A DNA stretch of 64,000 bases, from NCBI GenBank assembly GCA_963667725.2, contig CAXXHO010000003.1, forward strand, positions 1,472,001 through 1,536,000. The letters are read 5' to 3'. A model generated the notes under the pieces. It had not been told where the DNA came from and made no database searches. It was given only the letters and a program-made list of their open reading frames with translations. Both the position numbers and the translations under genes were made by a program. This stretch comes from Treponemataceae bacterium (GTDB lineage: Bacteria; Spirochaetota; Spirochaetia; Treponematales; Rectinemataceae). Numbering within the stretch: the first letter of the stretch is position 1; each line of letters begins with the position of its first letter. This document shows positions 48,968 through 59,542 of the stretch, in pieces.

Positions 48968-51481
48968 ATGAATTCGATGAATGAACCCGCTGGCATTTTT
49001 GCCTTGATCATGGCCATAGCAGTCATCGCCCCCTATCTTTCGGATTTCGTCGGGGTGCCGGTTGTCGCCTCCATGACGCTTATTGGCATACTTATCGGCC
49101 CCCAGGTTCTTGGAATCCTCGAACCCAACATTCTCATCCAGTTCATCGGCTCGCTCGGGATGATCTATGTGTTTTTCGCCGCCGGCACCGAGGTCAATCT
49201 CGGCATTTTAAGGAAACGCACAAAATCTGTCCTGATTTTCGGCGCTCTCACTTTCATCATACCCTTCCTTTTCGGTATTGCCTTCGGCCTTTTCCTCTTC
49301 GGCCAGAAGCCCCTCTCCGCGATTCTTCTCGGGGCGTTTTTCGCCTCCTCCGGCTCCCTGATGATTCAGCCGATGCTGAGGAGCGACCTCCTGAGCAGGG
49401 AATCGGCCGAAGTGGGACGCGGCGGAGCCGGTCTTTCGAGGATCGCGGTGGCGATCGTCGTATTTCTCTCCGGCATCGCATTCCCCGAGAGCGGACTGCT
49501 GCCAGGCTTAAAGACCGTCGGCATATGGGCCGCGTATTTCGCCGGGCTCTACTTTTTCCTGCCTCGCTTCGCTTCCTTTGTCATACGGAAAACCAGGATA
49601 CAGGGAAGCATCGATGCCGTCTTCATTCTCTTTCTGCTTTTCGCGAGCGCGGCGCTCGGTATCTATGTCGGAGTGCCAGGCTATATCGGCGCTTTCTACG
49701 CCGGCATCCTCATCGCCCCCGCTTTTTCATCGTCCAAATCGATATCGTCACGGATAGATCTGATCGGCGATTCGCTTTTTCTGCCCTTCCTCCTCATCTT
49801 TATCGGCGTCTCGGCCGATTTCTCGCAGATTCCCTCGCTTCCGATAGCTGTAGCCCTCATCGCCGGGTCGGCGGTCTTCGGCTTGGGCTCTAAATTCCTC
49901 GCGGCTTCCTTTGCCGGAAAGATCCTAGGTTATTCGGCCGCCGACAGGGGGCTCCTCTTCGGTTTTTCCTCTACCTTCGCCGCTTTTTCACTGGCGATCG
50001 CCCTGGTAGCGGGCAACTCGGGACTTTTCAACCATCCCCTGGTCAATGGAGCGATCATCCTCGTCATTGTTTCGAGCATCTCGGCTTCGCTCGCCGCCCG
50101 CAATTCCGGTTCATCGATTCTTCTCAAGAAATCCCTGATGCCGGAGCGCCCGTCGCGAGACGGCGAACGCATCATGGTAGCCCTTTCCAAGCCGGGGACG
50201 GCGCACTACCTCATGGACCTGGGCATAGCGCTGCATGGGCGGGATTCCCTCTCCCCGCTCTTCCCCCTGGCGGTGATCTCCGAAACGGAAACCGATGGGG
50301 AATCACGCCAACATGCCGAAACCATGCTCGCCGCCGCCATCATGCAGGGTGTTTCGGCACAAATTTCGGTCATTCCCGTATCCCGAGTCGAAGTGAACAT
50401 CGCCCAAGGCATACTCAGCAGCGCCGAAGAACAGAACGCCGACACCATAATCATCGGATGGAACAAGCCTCCCAGGCTCTCCAACGCGTTCTTCGGATCC
50501 ATCATCGACCAAGTGGTCAATGGGGGCAAGCAGATGGTCCTGGTGGCCCGAGCGGTGACGCCCTTCGCCGCCTCGCACACGGTGGCCATCATCCCTTCCC
50601 TCTGCGATCGGCACGCGGGATTCACACGCGCCGCCCTTGTGCTGGGCGCGCTCTCCAAAAAAAATCAGGCCAAGCTGCATATCGTCACCTTGAGCGGTCA
50701 GGGCGCCAAGTTGGCCAGCGCGTTGAAAGTAGCGGGCTATCCAGCGCAGATACAGACTATCGAGGTGGAATCCTGGAAGGAGATAGGGAAGGCGATAAAA
50801 CTATTGCCGGCCATGCCCAAGCTTTTCGTCCTGTTCAGCGCCAGACCTTCCGAACCGTCCTGGCATCCGGCCATTGAAAGGTTGCCGCACCGCATCGGCG
50901 AGGAATTCCCCGACGCTAACCTGCTCATGATCTATCTGGCCGATCCGACCGCGACATCGGAAGGCGAATCCAGCGAATTCAAGAGGGGCCGGCTTTCCGT
51001 CGGAACCAGCGAGATTCCCGTCGTCATTCCAGCCAAACCTAGTCCCGCGTCGCAGATTCTCAAGGATGCGGTGTCGAGGGGAAATATTCGCGTCAACATG
51101 AAGCATTCGGCCATAGCCGACGGCATTTTCGAACTCGTCTCTTCCGCTTTTCCTTTCGACAGAAAACTATCGAGCAGGTTGGGAACGAGGCTGACGGAAA
51201 TCGTTCAACGTCAGCCGATCGAAATAGAGCCCGGCGTCGTGCTCATCCATGACCGCGTCGAGAGCATCGACGCGCCCATCGTCTGCATCGGATCCCATCG
51301 AAAGGGCTTCCGTATATCCCTGCTCGAAAAACCAGTGAGAATCATCATCGTGATTTTCGTGCCCGAACTGGAAAGCCCCGAGGATCATCTAGCCTTCCTG
51401 GGCGAGATCGCGCATCTTTTTAGGGAGAAGGACCTTTCCAGGCGACTGATCGAAGCGGATTTGCCGGAAGATATTCTATAG
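48968..51481 (+). CDS. CPA2-type cation:proton antiporter fused to USP-like and PTS EIIA-like domains
   Basis: N-terminal polytopic region (GILIGP, FAAGTEVN, IGAFYAGI), FFGSIIDQV USP motif, C-terminal GVVLIHDR..EDHLAFLGEIA. Confidence 0.8.
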   Translation: MNSMNEPAGIFALIMAIAVIAPYLSDFVGVPVVASMTLIGILIGPQVLGILEPNILIQFIGSLGMIYVFFAAGTEVNLGILRKRTKSVLIFGALTFIIPFLFGIAFGLFLFGQKPLSAILLGAFFASSGSLMIQPMLRSDLLSRESAEVGRGGAGLSRIAVAIVVFLSGIAFPESGLLPGLKTVGIWAAYFAGLYFFLPRFASFVIRKTRIQGSIDAVFILFLLFASAALGIYVGVPGYIGAFYAGILIAPAFSSSKSISSRIDLIGDSLFLPFLLIFIGVSADFSQIPSLPIAVALIAGSAVFGLGSKFLAASFAGKILGYSAADRGLLFGFSSTFAAFSLAIALVAGNSGLFNHPLVNGAIILVIVSSISASLAARNSGSSILLKKSLMPERPSRDGERIMVALSKPGTAHYLMDLGIALHGRDSLSPLFPLAVISETETDGESRQHAETMLAAAIMQGVSAQISVIPVSRVEVNIAQGILSSAEEQNADTIIIGWNKPPRLSNAFFGSIIDQVVNGGKQMVLVARAVTPFAASHTVAIIPSLCDRHAGFTRAALVLGALSKKNQAKLHIVTLSGQGAKLASALKVAGYPAQIQTIEVESWKEIGKAIKLLPAMPKLFVLFSARPSEPSWHPAIERLPHRIGEEFPDANLLMIYLADPTATSEGESSEFKRGRLSVGTSEIPVVIPAKPSPASQILKDAVSRGNIRVNMKHSAIADGIFELVSSAFPFDRKLSSRLGTRLTEIVQRQPIEIEPGVVLIHDRVESIDAPIVCIGSHRKGFRISLLEKPVRIIIVIFVPELESPEDHLAFLGEIAHLFREKDLSRRLIEADLPEDIL

Positions 51482-51511
51482 CGTCCCAAACCTGAGGAAA
51501 CCGGATCAAAA

Positions 51512-51557
51512 TAAAAAACCTCCCGTAAGGAAAAGCATCGCTTTTCCTTACGGGAGG
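51512..51557 (-). terminator. Intrinsic terminator of the giant OmpA gene
   Basis: 18-bp stem CCTCCCGTAAGGAAAAGC-atc-GCTTTTCCTTACGGGAGG with a U-tract on the minus strand. Confidence 0.85.
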
Positions 51558-51611
51558 CATGTTGAGGGTTATGGCTCTACCCCATACCCTCAGCCGGCTC
51601 AGGTCCGCCGC

Positions 51612-54600
51612 TCACTGATTCTTTATCAGGACGAACTCCACGCGCCTGTTCTTCCATCGATTCTCCACATCGGAGAAACTCACCACCGGTCTGCGCGATC
51701 CCAATCCCTCGACGCTCAGTCTTCGCGCGTCCACCCCGTTCTGAATGAGCATGGCGCGCACCAGCTCCGCTCTGCCGGTGGACAGGGGGATGAGTTCCTT
51801 GGTTTCTTCGCTGTCAATTCTCGACTGCGAATAGCCGAGCATCTTGCCCACGTTGTTGGCGTGACCTTCGGTGAGAATCCTGTAGTCGGGGAACTTGTTC
51901 AGGATCTGGGCAACCCTCGCGATAACTTTCTCGTTATTGGCGATGATATCCTGGGACAGCCCGACAAAATCGGCGTAATTAGCCCTGAACACTATCGAGG
52001 GAATCTTTATCTTGAGCTTGTCGCCGTCGCGGATCACAAGCACGTCCACGGCTATGACGCCGGACACTGTCGTGGTGTTGCCCAACGCGTCGCGGGCCAC
52101 GAACTTGAATGGATAATCGCTGGCGGATTCCACCAGTTCGCCGCGCGGCGACTTGCCGTCCCAGACGATCTTGGCGGGAGGTTTCCCCTTCCCGTTCCAT
52201 TCCGTGAAGAGCCTCTCCGAACTGACGGCGTTGGGATTGCTCGACTCGACGATGGCGGTCTCGAAGACTTCAAGCTTCCAGTCAACGATTCCGGCCGCGC
52301 CATCGACATCGATGCCGAAGGTTAGGCGATCGCCGGCTCCATCTCCGTCGGGGCTGAAATATTCGGGATCGACGCTGATAGTGACCGAGGGCGGGTCGAC
52401 ATCGACGAGCACCGGAGCGCTCGAAGCCTGGGCCACGTCTCCCTTGGAATAGTTCACCACCAATTTGCCGATGTAATCGCCCTGGACGACCTGTCCCTGC
52501 AAGTCGCGCCCATCCCACACGAGACGCGAGGGCACATCGGAACCCGAGCCGCCGAAGAAGCTCTTTTCCTCGCCCTTCTTGTCGATAAGGGCAAAGCGCC
52601 ACGACTCGATGCCGTCCCTTTGCTCGACGACGATCGTGAAGGATACCTCATCACGTATGCCGTCGCCATTGGGCGACATGCCAGTGTCGGAAGTAGTCAC
52701 GTAGACCTTGGGCTTCGTTCCATCGACCCTTATGCCGGCAATCTTCGCCGAAGCGGCGTTGCCTGCCAGATCGGTGGCTCCCACTTCATAGCTGTAAACG
52801 CCATCGCGCACAACGGCGCCGGAAGCGTTCTTGCCATCCCATACGAAGCTCTTCGCCTCGGATTTCCATGACCAAGTCCTGATGATGGCGCCGGAAGCAT
52901 CCCTGACGCGGCCATTCCAATCATCGCCCACCGAAGAATTCTGGGTGAATGTTACCGTATCCTTGTTGCCGTCGCCGTTGGGCGAGAAGAGAAGAGGAGC
53001 GGCCGAAGCCGAAATTGTCGGTCCCACCGTATCCACAAGAATGGAGGGGCTCGACAGAGAGAACGCGTCGTCGTTGTTATACAGAAGCCTCAGGGCAACC
53101 TGATACTTGCCGTCGGGCACCAGTATGCCGGAGTCGGTCCTGCCATCCCAGGCATATTGATCCTTCATGTCAGTTGAACCTCTCCAGGCCTTGACGGGAT
53201 TCGCCTGGCGGTTTCCAGCCGCGTCTAGGGCATGAACCGCTATCTCATATTCCCTGATAGTCTGGGGTTTCGGCGCCTGAATATTCATGTACAGGACGTC
53301 TTTCACGCTGTCCCCATTCGGGCTGAAAGCCTTCTGGTCGACATCGAAGCGCACCGTTTTTTTAGCCGCGTCCACTTCAATGGGAAGCCGCTGGGAGACA
53401 AAGCTGTTTTCGGCCTGGTCTATCGAGCGGAGTTCGTAATAGTACATGCCATCGGGTACGGCGGCTCCCGTCTGGTTTTTGCCGTCCCATACGATGGAAT
53501 CGAGCTGCTTGTCCCAGGACCAATAGCGGACGATCTTCTCGCCGGAAGAGATAATCTGCCCCTGCCAGGCATCGCCGGGAACCGACTCCTGGGCGATATC
53601 GACGCTGTCCGATCTTCCGTCGCCGTTCGGCGAGAAGATATTGGCGGACAGGCGCAATGTCGCCTGAGGCGCGATCCTGTCCACGACGAAAGGACCGACT
53701 TCGCTGGCCAGATTGTCGTCATTCCTATAGAGAACGGTGAGGCGGGCGCGATAAATGCCGTCGGGGGCCGGCAATCCGGAATCCGTCACTCCGTCCCAGA
53801 GATACTGGCTCCTGAAATCGGTAGAACCTCTCCAGCTCTTCACGGGCAGATTGGAGGCGCCCGAGCCTTCCTGCATGATGAGAAGCTCATAACTCTTGAT
53901 TCTATCCGGATACTGGGCGCTGGCTCCGAAGAGTATGCTGTCTTTCTTGCCGTCGCCGTTGGGGCTGAAGGCAAGCGTATTGGCGTCCAGTCTCACCGCC
54001 TTTTTCTCCGATTCGACGGTGATGGTGATGCCGGGGCTCACCGTCCTGTTGCCGGCGTTATCCACCGACTCCGCTACATATCGGTATTTACCGTCGCGCA
54101 CGACGGTACCGGTCTCGTCCTTGCCGTTCCAGGAGAAGCTCCGTACCTCGTCCTGCCATGAATAGCTCTTCACCACTTTTCCGTCGGCCGCGACGATGCT
54201 GCCGACCCAATTGTCGCCCGCAAGCGAATTCTGGGTAATCTCAACGCTGTCGGACCTGCCGTCGTTGTTGGGGGAGATGATATCAGGCGTCGCGCTCACG
54301 TTGATTCTCGGCATTATTCTGTCGAGAAGAATGGTCGGCGCCGAAGCCTCGATCTCATCGCCATTGAGATAATTCACGGTGATGCTCGCCGCGTATCGGC
54401 CATCGGGAGCCTGGACACCGGAATCGGTTTCGCCCTTCCATGTCGCGCTCTGAGGCACCGAACCGCCCTTCCACACCCTCACCGCATTCATGGCCATGGG
54501 GCCTTCCTGGGCGACAATTCGCAGTTCGTAGCTCTTCACGCGTTCGGGAGCCTGGACAAATACGCTCATGCCGAGATCGTCGCGGAAACCGTCGCCGTTC

Positions 54601-57600
54601 GGGCTGAAGCTCCGCTGCTCTATGCTCAATCGAACTGCTTTCTTTTCCGTTTCCACGCTGACAGGAAGCTTGCCGGAAGAATAACTGTTGCCGCCTGAGT
54701 CGGAAGAAACAAGCTCATAGAGGTAACTGCCATCGGGTACAATGCTTCCGGTACTGTCTTTTCCGTCCCAGACGAGGGTTTCGAGCTTTTCGTTCCACGA
54801 CCAGCTGTTGATGACCTCTCCCTTGCCGGTGCTCACCGTTCCCTTAAACACATCGCCCGATGTGCCTTCCTGCGAGAAGGTGATGGTATCGAGGACTCCG
54901 TCGCCATTGGGGGAGAAGAGCCGGACTGAAGCGTTCACGCTTGCGCGCGGGGGAATCCTGTCGACGGAGAAAGGACCGACTTTGGTTTCGGCCTTGTCGC
55001 CGTTGGGATAGGCAACGTTAAGATAGGCGACATAGGCGCCGTCGGGAGCCGCGATTCCGGAATCGGAGAGGCCATTCCAATTAAAGCTCTGGGGAAGGAC
55101 AAGCCCTCCCTGCCACGATTTCACGGCCTTTCTGCCAGCGGACGAAGGATCGGTCCCGCCGGCCTCGGCCTGGACGATCCAGAGGTTCCAGCCGGTCAGC
55201 TTCGTGCCTGACGTCGCGTCGGAACTTAAGGTCAGGGTATCCTTGACCCCGTCGCCATTCGGGCTGAAACAGAGGCTGTCAGCCGCCAGTTTGAGTTCCT
55301 TCTTCAGCGTATCCACTTCCAGGGAAATTTCGCGCGAAGCGAAACTGTTTCCCGCCTTATCCAGGGCCTCTACGACATATTTATAGGCGCCGTCGGGAAC
55401 TATCAATCCCGAATCTCCCTTGCCGTCCCAGGTCAATGAGGGCAATTCGCCGGCGAAGGTCCATTTCTTTACGGGATTTCCCTTGGCATCCAGCACCTTG
55501 GCCGTCCAAAGGTCTTCATTCGTTCCAGACTGATCTATGGCGATCTTGGATTGTTCAGGATTTCCCGCTGGGTTGAAGGAAGCCTTATCGGCCTTTACCT
55601 GGGCTTTGGGATAGGTCCTGTCGAGGAGTATTTCCGCGCTTGAGATTTTCGCCACGAATCCGTTTATATAGACAAGCTCCAGCTCTGCCTTATATCGTCC
55701 TTCGGCGAGAGCCTTGCCCTCTTTATCCTTGCCTTCGAAGACATAGGCATCGGCCAGGACGTCGCCCGCATCGCTGCCGAAGGACAATCCCGCCTTGCCT
55801 GCCTGTCCGAGGCTCGCTATCGCGAATTTCCAGGAGACAAGCCCGTCTTTCGTCTCGATTTCCGGCGTCAGCGTTACATTCTCGGCGATTCCGTCGTTAT
55901 TGGGGCTGAAGGCTTCGCGATTCAGATTGATCGCGACAGCTGGTTTTTTCGTATCCACACGTACGCGGTTGGAGGTCGTGGCGAAGCTGTTGCCCGCCTT
56001 GTCCATCGCGAAAACATAGACTTCATACTCTCCATCGGTCACGATCCCGCCCTTGTCGTCGCGCCCGTTCCATTCGAGAGCCTCAGGCAGGACCTGCGGA
56101 TAGTGTCTAACTACTTTCTCGCTTTTCTGCGCGTCGCGAATGACGAGGTTCCAGGTTTCTTCCTCTGAACTCTTGAACGAGAAGATATATTTATCCCTGC
56201 TGTCGTCGCCGTCCGGACTGAAAACAGTATTCTCGTCGGTGAGCGCTATCGATGCCGAAGGCGGCGTCCTGTCCATATAGAAGGGCGCGGAAAGCTTCTG
56301 CGGCGTATATCCGTTCGCGTAGCGCAGTTCGACGCCGGCCTCGAACTGGCCGTCGGCGAGGGTTTCACCCTTGGAAGACAGTCCTGAGAAGAGATAGGAT
56401 TGTTCGGGGCGGGTATCTGCGCCGCCTTGAACCGTCCAGACTTCCTTTCTTTCAGGGTCGAGGACAAAGACTTTCCAGGATTCAAGACCCTGGAATGATT
56501 CGATGGATGTCGTTATATGGAGCGAATCGCGGATGCCGTCGCCGTTCGGGCTCATCACCGATTCGTCCGTCGCGATAGTCACCGCTGGCCTTGTCGTATC
56601 GATCGTAATATTCCGAACTTCGCTGACAGCCTTGTTGCCCGCCTCATCCTCTGCCGAAAGCTTCAGGCTGTAGGTGCCGTCGGGGGCTCGCTTGCCGTCA
56701 GCCGCGGTGCCGTCCCAGGTAAAATCGCCCGGGGCGCTGTCCTTGTATTCATATGCCCTTATTACCTTGCCCGAAGCATCGGCTATATCGATAGTCCAGG
56801 TTTTTTCCGGAGATCCGGCATTCCTGAAGGCGAGATTATCCTTGCTTCCGTCTCCGTCGGGGCTGAACAACATCGACGGCTCGAGCGGCCAGACATTGGC
56901 CTGCGGTTTTTTCGCGTCCACGACAACCGTTATGCAGCTCTGATAGTCGAGATTGTAGTTGCCGTTGTCATCCCACGAGACGAGACTCACCGTGTACGCG
57001 TCATCGAGAACCTTCATTCCCAGATCGTCGCGGCCATCCCATACGATGGACTGGGGGACATCGACATTTTTTTTCGTGTAGACGAGAGCGTCCCCGAGCA
57101 CCCCGATTCCGCTTACCGTTTCCACCCTGTCGTTGGACGTGCCGAGGGTCTTGATGATCTTGCCCGAGGATTTGTCCTCCACGGTCATCTTCCATCCGGC
57201 GATATAGCGCTCATCGGAAATTTTTACGGGAATCTCCAGGGTATCCTGCTTGCCGTCGCCGTCGGGGGAGATATACGCGGTGCCGCGGAACGGAACGGGC
57301 AGCTCGGCTTCGATCACGGGAGCCGTTTTATCTTTTATGCCAAAACTCAGGTTGAACCCCGCCCCCATCGCGTAGAGGGAATCGTAGAGAGGAGCGATGG
57401 CCACGGACGTGCTGACGGAAGCATCTTTATGAGACTGTTTGCCGAGGGTGAACCCTTTGCCGAGCGGAATTGTTCCGGAAATGCCGAGCGATGGCAGGAA
57501 GCTTCTGCCCGACCCGGCTATGGTATCACGCATGCCGATGGACCAGCCGAGGCGCAGGGAAACATATTCTCTGAATCCGAAGCCGACGGAAACGTCGGCC

Positions 57601-58343
57601 CCAAGATCCTGGAAGGATGGACTCCATAGATCCAGCGCCACATCGAGATTCCAGTTGTAGGATTGGAGAAGATAGCTTCTCATGCCGAGGCCTAGGGTAA
57701 AAGCCGAAGGATAGGAGCTGGCGGCGCCCCCGAAAATCCCCGTCAACGGCACCGTGGAATAGCCTTTACCGATATCGAGGATGGATAAGCCGAATCGCGT
57801 ATCTTTCAGGAACCCAAGATTCCCAGCAAACCATGTTGCGCCGAGATCGAGCCCTATGCCCCAGCCAAAATTGGCGTTCCCGCCGAGGGTGATATCGATG
57901 GCGCTTCCAATATAAAGCGTAGAAAGAAGATCCTTGGAAAAATTAACCCTGAGGCTGCCGAAAGTGCCCAGATCCATGTCCGTCATGGCCGCGGGAACCG
58001 AGAAAAAACTCGCGCTGCCGCCCCACACGCCATAAGGCACCGGTATCGAAAAGGAAAGGGCCGCGCCTGAGCCCCAGCCCTGGGCAGCGGTCCCGAAATC
58101 GGTGACTCCGGTGTACCCCGCTTCGATCTGGGTGAGCTGGCTCCCCCCCGTCGCCGAAGGGTTCAGCTGTGTGGCCCAGGGCGAAGCCGGGCCGGTGACC
58201 GTAGGCGTCGAAGCCAGCCCCCAGGGGGAATAAAGGGAGCGCAGGAAAAAAGCGCCTTGGGGAGGGTCATATCCGAAGATGAATACATTGCATGCTATTG
58301 CAAGGATGAATGCTGCGGTCAGGGTTTTCTTCATAAAGGACAT
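51612..58343 (-). CDS. Giant envelope protein: predicted beta-barrel, 16 FlgD-like Ig repeats, C-terminal OmpA peptidoglycan-binding domain
   Basis: Signal peptide; amphipathic beta-strand N-region; 16 SP(N/D)xDG/WDG repeats; EGHAN..LSTGRA..GLGS..NRRVEF. Confidence 0.9.
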   Translation of the reverse strand: MSFMKKTLTAAFILAIACNVFIFGYDPPQGAFFLRSLYSPWGLASTPTVTGPASPWATQLNPSATGGSQLTQIEAGYTGVTDFGTAAQGWGSGAALSFSIPVPYGVWGGSASFFSVPAAMTDMDLGTFGSLRVNFSKDLLSTLYIGSAIDITLGGNANFGWGIGLDLGATWFAGNLGFLKDTRFGLSILDIGKGYSTVPLTGIFGGAASSYPSAFTLGLGMRSYLLQSYNWNLDVALDLWSPSFQDLGADVSVGFGFREYVSLRLGWSIGMRDTIAGSGRSFLPSLGISGTIPLGKGFTLGKQSHKDASVSTSVAIAPLYDSLYAMGAGFNLSFGIKDKTAPVIEAELPVPFRGTAYISPDGDGKQDTLEIPVKISDERYIAGWKMTVEDKSSGKIIKTLGTSNDRVETVSGIGVLGDALVYTKKNVDVPQSIVWDGRDDLGMKVLDDAYTVSLVSWDDNGNYNLDYQSCITVVVDAKKPQANVWPLEPSMLFSPDGDGSKDNLAFRNAGSPEKTWTIDIADASGKVIRAYEYKDSAPGDFTWDGTAADGKRAPDGTYSLKLSAEDEAGNKAVSEVRNITIDTTRPAVTIATDESVMSPNGDGIRDSLHITTSIESFQGLESWKVFVLDPERKEVWTVQGGADTRPEQSYLFSGLSSKGETLADGQFEAGVELRYANGYTPQKLSAPFYMDRTPPSASIALTDENTVFSPDGDDSRDKYIFSFKSSEEETWNLVIRDAQKSEKVVRHYPQVLPEALEWNGRDDKGGIVTDGEYEVYVFAMDKAGNSFATTSNRVRVDTKKPAVAINLNREAFSPNNDGIAENVTLTPEIETKDGLVSWKFAIASLGQAGKAGLSFGSDAGDVLADAYVFEGKDKEGKALAEGRYKAELELVYINGFVAKISSAEILLDRTYPKAQVKADKASFNPAGNPEQSKIAIDQSGTNEDLWTAKVLDAKGNPVKKWTFAGELPSLTWDGKGDSGLIVPDGAYKYVVEALDKAGNSFASREISLEVDTLKKELKLAADSLCFSPNGDGVKDTLTLSSDATSGTKLTGWNLWIVQAEAGGTDPSSAGRKAVKSWQGGLVLPQSFNWNGLSDSGIAAPDGAYVAYLNVAYPNGDKAETKVGPFSVDRIPPRASVNASVRLFSPNGDGVLDTITFSQEGTSGDVFKGTVSTGKGEVINSWSWNEKLETLVWDGKDSTGSIVPDGSYLYELVSSDSGGNSYSSGKLPVSVETEKKAVRLSIEQRSFSPNGDGFRDDLGMSVFVQAPERVKSYELRIVAQEGPMAMNAVRVWKGGSVPQSATWKGETDSGVQAPDGRYAASITVNYLNGDEIEASAPTILLDRIMPRINVSATPDIISPNNDGRSDSVEITQNSLAGDNWVGSIVAADGKVVKSYSWQDEVRSFSWNGKDETGTVVRDGKYRYVAESVDNAGNRTVSPGITITVESEKKAVRLDANTLAFSPNGDGKKDSILFGASAQYPDRIKSYELLIMQEGSGASNLPVKSWRGSTDFRSQYLWDGVTDSGLPAPDGIYRARLTVLYRNDDNLASEVGPFVVDRIAPQATLRLSANIFSPNGDGRSDSVDIAQESVPGDAWQGQIISSGEKIVRYWSWDKQLDSIVWDGKNQTGAAVPDGMYYYELRSIDQAENSFVSQRLPIEVDAAKKTVRFDVDQKAFSPNGDSVKDVLYMNIQAPKPQTIREYEIAVHALDAAGNRQANPVKAWRGSTDMKDQYAWDGRTDSGILVPDGKYQVALRLLYNNDDAFSLSSPSILVDTVGPTISASAAPLLFSPNGDGNKDTVTFTQNSSVGDDWNGRVRDASGAIIRTWSWKSEAKSFVWDGKNASGAVVRDGVYSYEVGATDLAGNAASAKIAGIRVDGTKPKVYVTTSDTGMSPNGDGIRDEVSFTIVVEQRDGIESWRFALIDKKGEEKSFFGGSGSDVPSRLVWDGRDLQGQVVQGDYIGKLVVNYSKGDVAQASSAPVLVDVDPPSVTISVDPEYFSPDGDGAGDRLTFGIDVDGAAGIVDWKLEVFETAIVESSNPNAVSSERLFTEWNGKGKPPAKIVWDGKSPRGELVESASDYPFKFVARDALGNTTTVSGVIAVDVLVIRDGDKLKIKIPSIVFRANYADFVGLSQDIIANNEKVIARVAQILNKFPDYRILTEGHANNVGKMLGYSQSRIDSEETKELIPLSTGRAELVRAMLIQNGVDARRLSVEGLGSRRPVVSFSDVENRWKNRRVEFVLIKNQ

Positions 58344-58564
58344 GGGTCTTCTCCCTCTTATTGCGACAATGAGCTAACAAGATAGCTACCACAATTACCC
58401 GAAAAAAACAAAGCCGCCGAAACGACTTCATCTCTCTTCGAAATGTGGGAACCATCTGTCCCATTATATGTTTTTCGACAACTTATCCCCTCGGGACAAG
58501 CCTCAAGTTTAGAATAGGATCATTCTATCATGATTCGAGAGGAATTGACCCGGAATTTACGTGG

Positions 58565-59542
58565 CTATTGATAGATTATAAGGCCAGGACGGGGGTCGAG
58601 AGCCATCACCTCGGCGGGGGATAGGAGGGGATTATCCCAGCCTGCCAACGGGAATTCCGATTTAAAGAAAAGCTTGAACCCCTTCACGGGCATGTTCTCC
58701 GCCTTGGCGATGAGAGAGTATGTGCTTCTTTTGAGCGAGGGGCTGCCGAAACCATCGGCGGTATGAACAAGGACGACGCGATCGAGACCGGCTATGACCC
58801 TCTCCCTGTTCGAGATCATCTTCTCATGGAATTGGTGGACCACAAGCATCCTGATGCCGGGAATATTGTTGGCTATTATGTACTCCTGCATGATTCGTTG
58901 AGCCTGATTCAGTTCCTCGGCGGTGATGGAACCGATCTCCTTCATTGGAATGAGCGTTCTCCATTCGGGATCTATGGCGAGATGTACGTTGGGATACTTG
59001 AGGAAGGGAAGAATCTTCTCCATGGATTCCTTGACCGTATATTTGCCGATCTGATGGTCAACGAACACGATCATGCCCTTGGATTGGGCATAGTTGATGT
59101 ATTCCTCCAGGATGGAATCCTTGAGATAGCCGATATCCCCGCCCGGCCAGCAGGTGCCGTAAATTATGTAATAGGCGGGAACGATTCCGTCGGAGCCGTT
59201 TACCTCGTCGTAATAGCCGGCATAGGTCTTCACCCTTTGGGCGATTTCTTCCTTGGAGTAGAGCCCCAGGATGCCCATTTTCCTGGAATTGGGGTGGCCG
59301 TAGAAGGCGACCACCGTGTTATTCGCGAGCATGGGAACCCGGTCGGCCAGCGTGCCCGCCCCGCCCTGCAGCGAGGGTTTCGACACCGTCTGAGGCAGGG
59401 AAAACTGAAAAGCCTTTCTGTATAAGGTTGGGAACAGTCGATACGGCGCGTTGTCCGTGGAAGCGACATCGATGATCAGGACAAAGATGAAGAGAAAAAA
59501 CAGGCCAATTCTTTTCACGGACATTGATGCTCCCAATCCCAT
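58565..59542 (-). CDS. Exported hypothetical protein (possible hydrolase fold)
   Basis: Hydrophobic N-terminus; VVAFYGHP, HLAIDPEW, LVVHQF, DGFG, GFKLF. Confidence 0.75.
   Translation of the reverse strand: MGLGASMSVKRIGLFFLFIFVLIIDVASTDNAPYRLFPTLYRKAFQFSLPQTVSKPSLQGGAGTLADRVPMLANNTVVAFYGHPNSRKMGILGLYSKEEIAQRVKTYAGYYDEVNGSDGIVPAYYIIYGTCWPGGDIGYLKDSILEEYINYAQSKGMIVFVDHQIGKYTVKESMEKILPFLKYPNVHLAIDPEWRTLIPMKEIGSITAEELNQAQRIMQEYIIANNIPGIRMLVVHQFHEKMISNRERVIAGLDRVVLVHTADGFGSPSLKRSTYSLIAKAENMPVKGFKLFFKSEFPLAGWDNPLLSPAEVMALDPRPGLIIYQ

Noticed and set aside
51612..58343. Repeats as CRISPR array or mobile element
   Set aside because: The repeats are protein-level and divergent at the nucleotide level; no spacers, cas or transposase genes.
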